From Deltaproteobacteria bacterium (GTDB taxonomy: Bacteria > Desulfobacterota > Binatia > Bin18), in the NCBI GenBank assembly GCA_031389045.1, contig JANMSE010000539.1, positions 1,846 to 33,845 of the forward strand: a stretch of DNA of 32,000 nt. The letters are read 5' to 3'. Position 1 is the first letter of the stretch; every line of letters begins with the position of its first letter. Under the pieces are notes generated by a model, which worked only from the letters and a program-made list of their open reading frames with translations, ran no database searches and was not told where the DNA came from. Positions 16,449 to 24,413 of the stretch are shown piece after piece. The position numbers were made by a program, and so were the translations under genes.

Positions 16449-16493
16449 AGCCGCCCCTCCTCTACATGATTTCGCATAGCGTAGTCTCACATT

Positions 16494-16544
16494 GTTACAT
16501 GCTGTTGTTCCTCGCTTGAAATTTGCGTGACGCGCGTGTGACCG
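16494..16544 (-). promoter_or_regulatory. Pho-box-like array oriented toward the GT4 operon
   Basis: Minus strand reads CGGTCAC-acgc-GCGTCAC-gcaa-ATTTCAA-gcga-GGAACAA-cagc-ATGTAAC. Five units with 11-bp phasing, scoring 6/7, 5/7, 4/7, 2/7 and 5/7. Confidence 0.45.
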
Positions 16545-16564
16545 CGATCCACGGATTCTTCATC

Positions 16565-16609
16565 CTTTCATCTCCGTTTCACACGGGTGTCATTGTTCTC
16601 CGCTATATG
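16565..16609 (+). promoter_or_regulatory. Pho-box-like array plus a -10 element oriented toward the 16663 operon
   Basis: CTTTCAT-ctcc-GTTTCAC-acgg-GTGTCAT (6/7, 5/7, 6/7; 11-bp phasing), then exactly 10 bp to TATATG (16604..16609). This is the classical Pho promoter geometry, where the box replaces the -35. Confidence 0.6.
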
Positions 16610-16662
16610 AGAGCCACAGTAGCTCTGGCCCGCCCGTCTAATACTGCCGTGGAGGAGGACGC

Positions 16663-17007
16663 ATGGAGAAGGATGAGCTCGCGGTGGCCGATCACTTACG
16701 CAATCAACTTGGCGTATTCTACTGGACGATGCGGCGCGGTGGTGACCTGGAAATCGCCGTGCGACAATTGCAAACGGAGGTGTGTTGGACCGAGCGAGAA
16801 ACCCTCTCTTGGTGTCGCTGCACCCCCCCCACGCTGTTCGCGCGCTGGAGTCAGACGCAGCTCACGTCATTATTGGGAGAAGCGAAGCAGGTGCTCAGCC
16901 GCGCGGAACAGTGTCTATCCGTGAGGGAGCCGCTTGAGAGCATCCAGCTCGGGGAGAGCGAGGCTCACGGCGACAACCCGGAAGTCGTTAGTGGACTGTG
17001 GGCATGA
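16663..17007 (+). CDS. Hypothetical protein (114 aa)
   Basis: SD gtGGAGGAGGacgcATG. Its stop overlaps the next start as ATGA (17004..17007), implying translational coupling. No family recognised. Confidence 0.5.
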   Translation: MEKDELAVADHLRNQLGVFYWTMRRGGDLEIAVRQLQTEVCWTERETLSWCRCTPPTLFARWSQTQLTSLLGEAKQVLSRAEQCLSVREPLESIQLGESEAHGDNPEVVSGLWA

Positions 17008-17675
17008 CACGGGTCCCGGTGGTGGTCGCACTGGTCGTTGTGCTCCAGGTGGAAACTGGGCGGGCGGAGCACCCGCCCGACAAGATCATTTCCTTGGAGA
17101 CGTTCGAGGCCGCCCCGCTGAAGGGTTTCCCGCCACACTGGGAAAGTCGCGGCGATAAAGCCAACGCGCGAGCCATGTACTGGATCGAGCAAGAAGAGGG
17201 GAACAAGTTTCTCCATGCGCGCGCGAGCAAGCATGATATCCAAATCGGGCTTGTTCGCGAGATCGACCCCCAGCGGTTTCCCCGACTGCGGTGGCGGTGG
17301 CGAGCCAAACAACTCCCACTCGGCGGCGATGAACGGGCCGCGGCGACCTACCACTCGGCCGCCGGGGTCTATATCATTTTTGATAGTCGCATCGTTCCCC
17401 GCATCCTCAAGTATGTGTGGAGCGCGGCCCTCCCTGTCGGATCGCGGTTGCAGAACCCATTCTATTGGCGCGGGCGCACCATCGTGCTTCGCAGTGGCCC
17501 CTCCGCCCTCGGCCAATGGCAGCAAGAGACGGTCAATTTCCATCAGGATTACAAGGACTGCTTCGCCAGCGAGCCTGGGACCGTGCTTGGTATCGCCCTG
17601 CTCACCAGCGCCGACGTGTCCAAGAGTGAGGCTGAAGCGGACTATGATGACTTCGCGCTGCACCCAGCGGAGTAA
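17004..17675 (+). CDS. DUF3047-family secreted protein
   Basis: Start at MTRVP (ATG 17004). Signal-like VVVALVVVLQVETGRA. Motifs: FPRLRWRWRAKQLPLGGDER, AAGVYIIFD, GIALLTSAD. Confidence 0.7.
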   Translation: MTRVPVVVALVVVLQVETGRAEHPPDKIISLETFEAAPLKGFPPHWESRGDKANARAMYWIEQEEGNKFLHARASKHDIQIGLVREIDPQRFPRLRWRWRAKQLPLGGDERAAATYHSAAGVYIIFDSRIVPRILKYVWSAALPVGSRLQNPFYWRGRTIVLRSGPSALGQWQQETVNFHQDYKDCFASEPGTVLGIALLTSADVSKSEAEADYDDFALHPAE

Positions 17676-17947
17676 TGAAACGTGGGTGTCATTGTCAGCC
17701 AATGGATTCGCGTCATCATGGCCTCAGGCGCGGAGATTATGATGTCGGGGGTAGGCGGTATGCTCCTCATCATCATCACTGTCGTCGTCGTCGTGATCAT
17801 TATTGTCGGCGCCGTGAGGTGGTTCAATCCCCGATAGCGCGCGCCGAAGTCCCGTAACAGAAAGTTCAAGACCGTACGATGTCGCTGTAACATCGCGTCG
17901 CGAAAATGTACGCATCACGAAGAGTGGTAGGTGTGGAGGTTCGCGGT

Positions 17948-18703
17948 ATGGGAATGGATGTGTTACGACAACCGGAATTCATTTTTCCTTCACGGCTCCT
18001 GACTGGGATAACATCTGGTGACGAGGTCGATACCCTCATCGTCTCGGATGTCCATTTGGGCACCGATCTCAGTCGTCCCGATGCCCTGCTGGCGATGCTC
18101 AAAAGCCATGTGTTTCGCCGTCTCATTTTATTGGGCGACATTTTCGACACCCTGGATTTTCGTCGCCTTCCGCGCGCGCACTGGCATCTGCTCACGTATA
18201 TCCGCGCGCTCTGTCAGCCTGAGCAGCGAGTCGAAGTGGTCTGGGTGGAAGGCAATCACGATCATCTGCTGTCGATGGTCACTCGCAGTTTTCTCGGCAT
18301 CCCGATCCACAAGCGGTATGAATGGACGTTCCGTGGACAGCGCTTCCTGGCCATGCACGGACATCAATTCGACACCTTCATCCATCGGCATCCGGTCATC
18401 ACCGATGTCGCCTGTTGGGTGTATGAAACCCTCCAGCGCCACGAGGGGAGTGACCACCGGTACAGTCGCGCGCTCAAGCACAAGAGTAAGGGGTGGCTGC
18501 GCATGTCCGAGGCCGTGGCGACGCGGGCGGCGTCCTACGCCGTGCGCCGCGAGGTGGACACGATCTTCTGTGGCCACACCCATCGCTCCTTATCGGCCAC
18601 GTTTGGCGCGGTGACGTATCACAACGCGGGCTGTTGGACCGATACGCCCGCGTCGTTCATTACCATTGGCACCCGTGGCGTCGAGGTGCATCAATATCAC
18701 TGA
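17948..18703 (+). CDS. Calcineurin-like metallophosphoesterase of the LpxH / PlcP-like type
   Basis: Start moved to ATG 17948 (GGAGG 8 nt upstream). Motifs: LIVSDVHLG, LLGDIFD, GNHD, HGHQFD, GHTH. Confidence 0.8.
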   Translation: MGMDVLRQPEFIFPSRLLTGITSGDEVDTLIVSDVHLGTDLSRPDALLAMLKSHVFRRLILLGDIFDTLDFRRLPRAHWHLLTYIRALCQPEQRVEVVWVEGNHDHLLSMVTRSFLGIPIHKRYEWTFRGQRFLAMHGHQFDTFIHRHPVITDVACWVYETLQRHEGSDHRYSRALKHKSKGWLRMSEAVATRAASYAVRREVDTIFCGHTHRSLSATFGAVTYHNAGCWTDTPASFITIGTRGVEVHQYH

Positions 18704-19031
18704 GGCGGGACCCCGACCGCGAAAAGGACTCACGATGTCACTGCCCTTCCTCTCGACTCTTCACGATCGCTTGTTCGATACGATCCATCGACGCTAACTC
18801 ATCTATAATACCTGTACTGTCCTCTCTCACCGCGCGGTTCCATCCATGTGTCACTTAGGTCCACCGCGCCTACGGGGGGCTGTGGCGCTACTGCCTCTTC
18901 CTGGGTAAAAAATGACCTCTCTGGTCCGACATGGCAGGGTGGAGTAGCTTCGCGGCGGCGATATTCACTCGCGTACTTAGCGAAGCACTCCGCGGACCGA
19001 CAGAAAACGAGAAAGCAAAAGGAGGATTTCC

Positions 19032-19154
19032 GTGACAGATCAAGAGAGGAGAAGAAGGAATAGACATGCGAAGACGATAGTTTATGGTGCTCCTCGTCCT
19101 TGCGGGGAACATAAGAGAACGGTATCGAACAGTGTAAAGTCGATCTTGCTGTGA
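19032..19154 (+). CDS. Candidate upstream small ORF (40 aa, Arg-rich), possibly coupled to the EEP gene
   Basis: aaaAGGAGGAtttccGTG gives MTDQERRRRNRHAKTIVYGAPRPCGEHKRTVSNSVKSILL*. The stop at 19152..19154 is 3 nt before the EEP ATG, which has no SD of its own. The ORF is below the track's size cut-off. Confidence 0.3.
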   Translation: MTDQERRRRNRHAKTIVYGAPRPCGEHKRTVSNSVKSILL

Positions 19155-19157
19155 TGC

Positions 19158-19895
19158 ATGATGAGAGTCGCTACCTACAACCTGTTGAAGGGCGGAACAA
19201 AACGAATCCATTGGCTCAAGATGATCGCAGAGCACCAAGTCGATTTGCTCCTGGCTCAGGAATCCGGCCCGCGGGATCACTACCTCCCGCCTCTCACGTA
19301 TCCCGACCTGCGAGGGCAGGCGGTGTGGGACATGGCCACGCCGAACCGCTGGGGAAGCGCCATCTTCGCAAAAACCGGCGCTGTGAAACAACTCCAAATC
19401 CCGAGATTCAACGGCTGGGTCGTGGGAGCGGAAATCACGGGTTTCGCGTGGCGACGTAAGGTCAACCGTCCGCTGACGGTCTTCAGCGTGCACGTGCCGT
19501 ACGGGCAGGGGGGCTATGTGAAACAAATGCACGCCTTGCTCGACGAGATCGCGCGCCTTGCCGTCGGGAAAGACGTCATCATCGGCGGGGACTTTAATCT
19601 GTCGATCAGCAATGTGCCCAGCGCGGATAAACCGATCAACAAGCGCAATGCGGCGATACAAGCACGACTCATGGAAGAATTCGGACTGATGAACTGTTGG
19701 CGGGAAGCGAACCCAGGGCGACAACCGGCGCAAACGCTCCGGTGGACGGGAAATCGCACGATCCCCTATCACTGCGATGGCATTTTCGCGCCTGCGCATT
19801 GGAGGACTCGACTGCGGTCGTGCTCCGTATTGTCAGGCGCGGAATGGGATCACCTGAGTGATCACAATCCCGTCATTGTGACATTTGCAGACTGA
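19158..19895 (+). CDS. Endonuclease/exonuclease/phosphatase (EEP) family hydrolase
   Basis: 245 aa. Motifs: RVATYNLL, LLLAQE, SVHVP, IIGGDFN, WDHLSDHNPVIV. Confidence 0.85.
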   Translation: MMRVATYNLLKGGTKRIHWLKMIAEHQVDLLLAQESGPRDHYLPPLTYPDLRGQAVWDMATPNRWGSAIFAKTGAVKQLQIPRFNGWVVGAEITGFAWRRKVNRPLTVFSVHVPYGQGGYVKQMHALLDEIARLAVGKDVIIGGDFNLSISNVPSADKPINKRNAAIQARLMEEFGLMNCWREANPGRQPAQTLRWTGNRTIPYHCDGIFAPAHWRTRLRSCSVLSGAEWDHLSDHNPVIVTFAD

Positions 19896-19896
19896 C

Positions 19897-20051
19897 GGTG
19901 GTTTGATCTAGCGGTGCCACTCTTTGCGGTAGTCCACTGCTAAGTAGACCCGCGGAAATAGTTATGCTCGCAATCTTCAAAAATCATGAGGGAAGTCCTA
20001 AAGCTGAGCATAAATCTTTTTGCGGTCCTACTTAGCCATCATTAGACCACC
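19897..20051. repeat. AT-richer element made of three nested inverted repeats (long imperfect hairpin)
   Basis: ggtggt..tcta (19897..19910) pairs with tagaccacc (20043..20051). gctaagtagacccgc (19939..19953) pairs with gcggtcctacttagc (20022..20036) at 13/15. ttatgctc (19962..19969) pairs with gagcataa (20006..20013) at 8/8. It starts 2 nt after the EEP stop. Confidence 0.65.
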
Positions 20052-20282
20052 ATCTGGCGCCCACGACGCAAGGTCAGTGGCATATCAGTGAACTCAACAT
20101 CACTGTACACCTCACGAAAGATGCTCTCGAAGCGTAACGCATCGGCAGCACCGCGCGAGAGATCTGAAAACTTGCCGTCACGTCTCGTCGCACCGAGATA
20201 TGGGAAGGCTTCGTGCCGCGGCCCAGGCTGAAAAGTGACTCACAACTGGCCGCTTGAGTGCGCCAAGGTCGTGTGGACTGAT

Positions 20283-20735
20283 TTAGACCGTGACCTTGAG
20301 CCGCCGGCCAACCCGCGTCACGCGCCGGGTTCTTTTCGCTGGAGAGCGAGCCGGGGTCGTGCGCCATTGCTGGAGCCCACGACGGATATAGTCGGGGTCG
20401 AGATTCAGAGCCTCACAAATGGAGACGAAAGAAAAAGGCCATTCCGGCTCGTCACGAAAAAACCATTCCTCGGTTTCTTGACCCAAACGACGGGCACGAG
20501 GGGTCGTGGCGGTGACATGCGTCTTGAAGCAGGTCACCGCATCGGTGAGGATCGCGCTGAGCAAGGCGTTCACCCCATGCTTCAGCGCGGACAGTGGCGA
20601 GAAAAACTGTTCTGGCAGAATCACATCCTGGGGAACGTCCGTGCTCCGCTCCAGTCGCATTTCGAGAGGGAGCGCTGAGGAACGTGAAGAAGGCGGCAAG
20701 GCGTCTTGTCGTGTGAGTTGCGGGTGTCGCAGCAT
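20283..20735 (-). CDS. Hypothetical protein (150 aa) with a basic C-terminus, possibly HTH-containing
   Basis: SGGAAGGA-type SD 8 nt upstream of the ATG. The segment WPFSFVSICEALNLDPDYIRRGL looks like a helix-turn-helix. A complete Pho-type promoter lies directly upstream. Confidence 0.5.
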   Translation of the reverse strand: MLRHPQLTRQDALPPSSRSSALPLEMRLERSTDVPQDVILPEQFFSPLSALKHGVNALLSAILTDAVTCFKTHVTATTPRARRLGQETEEWFFRDEPEWPFSFVSICEALNLDPDYIRRGLQQWRTTPARSPAKRTRRVTRVGRRLKVTV

Positions 20736-20769
20736 GGAAAAATCCTTCCGATGAGCTTCCAGGCGAAGA

Positions 20770-20825
20770 ATCCTACGTGGCGGAGGTTACACCACCATGA
20801 CAGTGCGGAGACATCTTTATGACAG
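20770..20825 (-). promoter_or_regulatory. Best Pho-box array in the window, with a -10 element
   Basis: Minus strand reads CTGTCAT-aaag-ATGTCTC-cgca-CTGTCAT-ggtg-GTGTAAC (7/7, 5/7, 7/7, 5/7; exact 11-bp phasing), then 10 bp to TAGGAT (20775..20770). It is about 62 nt upstream of the 20735 ATG and in the shared intergenic region with the GDPD gene. Confidence 0.7.
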
Positions 20826-20945
20826 GGATTGGGCTGCTCTTTTCGCTAACCTGCTGTGATCTCTTATTCACGGAACAGCCATTCTCTTGAAACATTCGTT
20901 CCGTATGGTCACGAGCAAAATTGTCCGTGACAGGAGGAAAGTGCT

Positions 20946-22187
20946 ATGCGTCAAGGGTTAGCGATAGTCGGGCTCGCCACGGTTCTCTCAACGTTCCCCA
21001 ACCAGTCGATGATCGCGTCCGCCGACAACGACAAGAATGGGTCGAAAAAACCGCTCAATGTCCAAGTCGGTCCACGCCCCTATTACCTGGTCGAAGATAT
21101 GGACCCAGGGCCGCTCAAGACCGCGCTTCAGCGATGTAGCGACAAGCCGCTCAAGAAAACCAACTTTTCCATTGGTCACCGCGGCGCACCGCTCCAGTTC
21201 CCCGAACATACCAAGGAGTCCTACGAAGCCGCCGCCCGCATGGGAGCTGGGATCGTGGAATGCGACGTGACGTTCACCAAGGACAAGGAGCTTGTCTGCC
21301 GTCACTCGCAGTGTGACCTCCACACCACGACCAATATCCTCGCGACTCCCTTGGCGGCCAAGTGCTCCGTCCCCTTCACCCCGGCTGATCCCGTGGCTGG
21401 GACGCCGGCCCAAGCGCAGTGCTGCACGAGTGACATCACGCTTGATGAGTTCAAGACGTTGCGTGGCAAGATGGATGCGTTTAATCCCGATGGCACCACG
21501 GTCGCGGAATACCTGGACGGGACTCCGAGCTGGCGCACCGACCTCTACTCCTACGATGGCACGCTCTTGAGCCATGCGGAGAGCATTGAGTTATTCAAGA
21601 CGCTGGATGTGGGGATGACCCCGGAACTCAAGGCGCCCAACGTACCGATGCCATTCCAAGGGACCTACACACAAGCACAGTATGCCCAGCAGATGATCGA
21701 CGAATACAAGGCGGCTGGCGTGTCTCCAAGGAAGGTGTGGCCACAATCATTCAGCCTGAATGACGTACTGTATTGGATTCAGCGCGAGCCCGCCTTTGGC
21801 AAGCAGGCGGTCTACCTCGACGATGCCAATGTGCCGAGCGAACTCCCGTCGGCAACTGATTTGCGGTCGTATGCCGCGCAAGGCGTGAAGATTGTCGCGC
21901 CGCCGATGTGGGCATTGATCGCTTTGCAGGGCAATCGGATTGTGCCCTCCCAGTATGCCGCGAATGCCCGCGCGGCCCGTTTGGGTCTCATCACGTGGAC
22001 CCTCGAGCGGTCCGGGCTCCTCACGGATGGTGGGGGCTTTTACTATCAGACGGTGAGTCCCGTTATCCATAAGCCAGGAGACATGCTGAACGTGCTTCAC
22101 GTCCTCGCCAAGGACGTCGGGATTCTCGGCATCTTCTCTGACTGGCCCGGGACGGTGACGTATTACGCGAACTGTATGGGACGGTAG
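20946..22187 (+). CDS. Secreted glycerophosphodiester phosphodiesterase (GDPD family)
   Basis: 413 aa with SD acAGGAGGaaagtgctATG and a signal peptide. Motifs: [16 protein letters not shown] and [14 protein letters not shown]. Confidence 0.9.
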   Translation: MRQGLAIVGLATVLSTFPNQSMIASADNDKNGSKKPLNVQVGPRPYYLVEDMDPGPLKTALQRCSDKPLKKTNFSIGHRGAPLQFPEHTKESYEAAARMGAGIVECDVTFTKDKELVCRHSQCDLHTTTNILATPLAAKCSVPFTPADPVAGTPAQAQCCTSDITLDEFKTLRGKMDAFNPDGTTVAEYLDGTPSWRTDLYSYDGTLLSHAESIELFKTLDVGMTPELKAPNVPMPFQGTYTQAQYAQQMIDEYKAAGVSPRKVWPQSFSLNDVLYWIQREPAFGKQAVYLDDANVPSELPSATDLRSYAAQGVKIVAPPMWALIALQGNRIVPSQYAANARAARLGLITWTLERSGLLTDGGGFYYQTVSPVIHKPGDMLNVLHVLAKDVGILGIFSDWPGTVTYYANCMGR

Positions 22188-22281
22188 TCGTCTTCCGTGC
22201 GCACGGATAGTGGGGAACAGGGCCATGCGTGACCCTGTTCCCCACTATGGGCGGACGCTTCTCGCACAGGGGAAGTATCCG

Positions 22282-24177
22282 TTAATTCAGGCGGGCAATA
22301 CGGCCTTCAATCGCGGCGGAAAACGGTTGCGTTAAGGATTGGACGTGGACAATCAGCGCGTCCAGATCGACCGGACCACCAACAGGGTTCGTCCCTTGGA
22401 GCAGGACGGTGAAATTATCTCCACCCGCCGCGAGGAAGCTGTTGACGACCACGGAGTAGGTCGCGCTTCGGTCAATCAGGGTGCCGTTTCGACGGACCTC
22501 GACGATACGGTCATTTGCTGGGCGATTATTGTCCCAGGTGTACGTCAGCCCCGCGGCCTTGAGAATGCGCGGGAACGGCTGCGGTGCCGCCCACTGTTGA
22601 TTCAAGAGGTCGTAGACTTGCTGGCCGGTCAAACTCATCTTGACCAAACTATTGCCAAACGGTTGGACCGCGAAAAGCTCACCCCACGTGACTTCTCCCG
22701 CGCGCAGATCGGCGCGGATGCCACCAGGATTCATAAAAGCAAAGTCGGCCTGCACGGCGGCCCGTTGCGCGTCGGCGATGAGATTCCCTAATGCCGACTC
22801 TCCCGCCGCGTTTTCGACTTGCAGGATATCCGCGGCGGCTTGGCCAATCACTTGATTCACCAACGGCGCCACGGTTTCCTCGGCCTGTGCCACCAATTGC
22901 GCGACTCGTGGATGCGGCGTTAATCCCGGTCCGGCATCAGCGAAGGTCGTGATAATCGACGCCGATTTGGTCACGACATCACGGCTTCTGGCGTTAATCC
23001 CCAGGGTGATGTCCGCGTAGGCTGTACTGGCCGAGAACGCCTGCGTCAGCAAAATCTCCTTGCCGTTACGGTTCTTCAGCAGCACATTGGTAAAGGAGTG
23101 GGCATGACCGGAGACCACGACATCGATGTCATCGTCGAGGCGCTGCACGATGTCCTGAATATCCGTTCCGGTGACGACCGCACTACCGGGTTGCGTCGGC
23201 CCTTGATAGGTCGTTTGCCGTCCACCCTGGTGAATGAGCACCACAAAAGTGCGGATTCCCCACGCTTTCAGTCGCGTGACGTAGCGATTAATCGCGTCCG
23301 CTTCATCAAGAAAGGTGATCCCCGCCACGCCAGTCGGTGTGACAATCGTGGGCGTCTGGCGCAGCACTGCCCCGATAAAGGCAATCGGAACGCCTCTGAC
23401 CATTTTGATTACGTATGGGTCAATGAGCGGCTTCCTATCGGCGGTGCGGACGGCATTGGCGCACACGTACGGAAATTTCGCTCCCCGATAGGGGTCTTCC
23501 AAGAAGGGGCCAGTTTCATGGTTGCCACCGTCCAACAGCCGGAGCAGCTCATCCTTGCCTTCGTCGAATTCATGGTTCCCCAAGGTGCCGACCAGATTGC
23601 ATTTCGGATTGTTTGGGTATCGGTATGAGCAGTATCTGTTGGTCAGCAGGTTGAGAAAGGAGATTGAGGGTTCATCCTGTAACAACGCCGACGCCGGCGG
23701 CGTGGCACCCACATGATCCCCGGCATGCACGATGAATGTGCGATCTTCCATGCCCGCTTGCGCCGCGTTGAGGTAGGAGGCGAGCACCGCGGCCCCACCA
23801 ACCGGGCGGTTGGCCACCAGTCGCCCAGCGGAGAGCTGGCCGTGGAAATCGTTGATCGCCAGGAGTTTGACTTGCAGCGTCTCTCCTCCTCCCTGATGCG
23901 CGCGGACTTGCTGGTCGAGCGAGCGCGGAGCCTGCCACGACACCGGAATGCGCGCGGTCTCGCGGAGAGATTGGAGCATTTCCTCCGCTTCATCATGTTC
24001 ATGGCCGACACGACACATCTCCTGCGCGGTGGCTTCGAGCGTCATCAGCAAGGCACTGACACACAGCAGTGCCCCGACATATCCCCCACGCCAGCGCGTC
24101 TCGCGCCATGCCCGAAACGAGAGCCATCTTCTTGGCGTGACGGCCTCCGACGTTGTCCATCTGAATCTTGTCAACAT
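22282..24177 (-). CDS. Bifunctional metallophosphatase / 5'-nucleotidase (UshA-like), secreted
   Basis: Start moved to MLTRFRW (ATG 24177), preceded by cAAGGAGGtcgggat. Motifs: LLAINDFHGQL, HAGDHVG, GNHEFD, HQGG, SGHAH. The C-terminal 5'-nucleotidase domain has FMNPGGIRADL. Confidence 0.9.
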   Translation of the reverse strand: MLTRFRWTTSEAVTPRRWLSFRAWRETRWRGGYVGALLCVSALLMTLEATAQEMCRVGHEHDEAEEMLQSLRETARIPVSWQAPRSLDQQVRAHQGGGETLQVKLLAINDFHGQLSAGRLVANRPVGGAAVLASYLNAAQAGMEDRTFIVHAGDHVGATPPASALLQDEPSISFLNLLTNRYCSYRYPNNPKCNLVGTLGNHEFDEGKDELLRLLDGGNHETGPFLEDPYRGAKFPYVCANAVRTADRKPLIDPYVIKMVRGVPIAFIGAVLRQTPTIVTPTGVAGITFLDEADAINRYVTRLKAWGIRTFVVLIHQGGRQTTYQGPTQPGSAVVTGTDIQDIVQRLDDDIDVVVSGHAHSFTNVLLKNRNGKEILLTQAFSASTAYADITLGINARSRDVVTKSASIITTFADAGPGLTPHPRVAQLVAQAEETVAPLVNQVIGQAAADILQVENAAGESALGNLIADAQRAAVQADFAFMNPGGIRADLRAGEVTWGELFAVQPFGNSLVKMSLTGQQVYDLLNQQWAAPQPFPRILKAAGLTYTWDNNRPANDRIVEVRRNGTLIDRSATYSVVVNSFLAAGGDNFTVLLQGTNPVGGPVDLDALIVHVQSLTQPFSAAIEGRIARLN

Positions 24178-24252
24178 ATCCCGACCTCCTTGTAGGAATG
24201 TCACACGGGTGATGCGGTCCTCGTGCGCGTGCGAGGACATATCACTACCTGT

Positions 24253-24292
24253 GTGAACGGATGACGAGGTCCGTATGAAATGTTCGTGACGG
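24253..24292 (-). promoter_or_regulatory. Weaker Pho-box-like array upstream of the 5'-nucleotidase gene
   Basis: Minus strand reads CCGTCAC-gaac-ATTTCAT-acgg-ACCTCGT-catc-CGTTCAC (6/7, 5/7, 3/7, 5/7), phased at 11 bp. The proximal unit is 76 nt from the ATG. Confidence 0.35.
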
Positions 24293-24334
24293 GAGAGACG
24301 TGGTTCTCCCGTCAGAGATCGGAAGGGGCCGAAG

Positions 24335-24360
24335 CCGCCCGACGATTGATCGTCGGGCGG
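24335..24360 (-). terminator. Perfect 11-bp GC-rich hairpin downstream of the phytase-like gene
   Basis: ccgcccgacga-ttga-tcgtcgggcgg, 54 nt past the stop at 24414. A second 9-bp hairpin sits at 24288..24311. There is no strong U-tract. Confidence 0.5.
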
Positions 24361-24413
24361 AGGGAGGGAGGACACGGCAAGTCCCGATGTGTCCGCCTGT
24401 CGCGTGATGGGAT

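Noticed and set aside
16965-17702. 245-aa minus-strand ORF
   Set aside because: It is antisense to the DUF3047 gene, which is translationally coupled to its upstream partner and has a signal peptide.
18704-19016. Perfect TATAAT at 18804..18809 and a 7-bp hairpin (18937..18980) in the long spacer upstream of the EEP gene; considered as a 6S-like or other sRNA
   Set aside because: There is no convincing -35 at 17-bp spacing. I could find no extended closing helix or known RNA signature by eye.
18888-19799. 303-aa minus-strand ORF
   Set aside because: It is antisense to the EEP hydrolase gene, which has clear catalytic motifs. The minus ORF has none.
20074-20367. 97-aa minus-strand ORF downstream of the 150-aa gene; considered as a frameshifted continuation
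   Set aside because: It has no SD, its composition is not protein-like, and it has no sensible junction with the upstream ORF.
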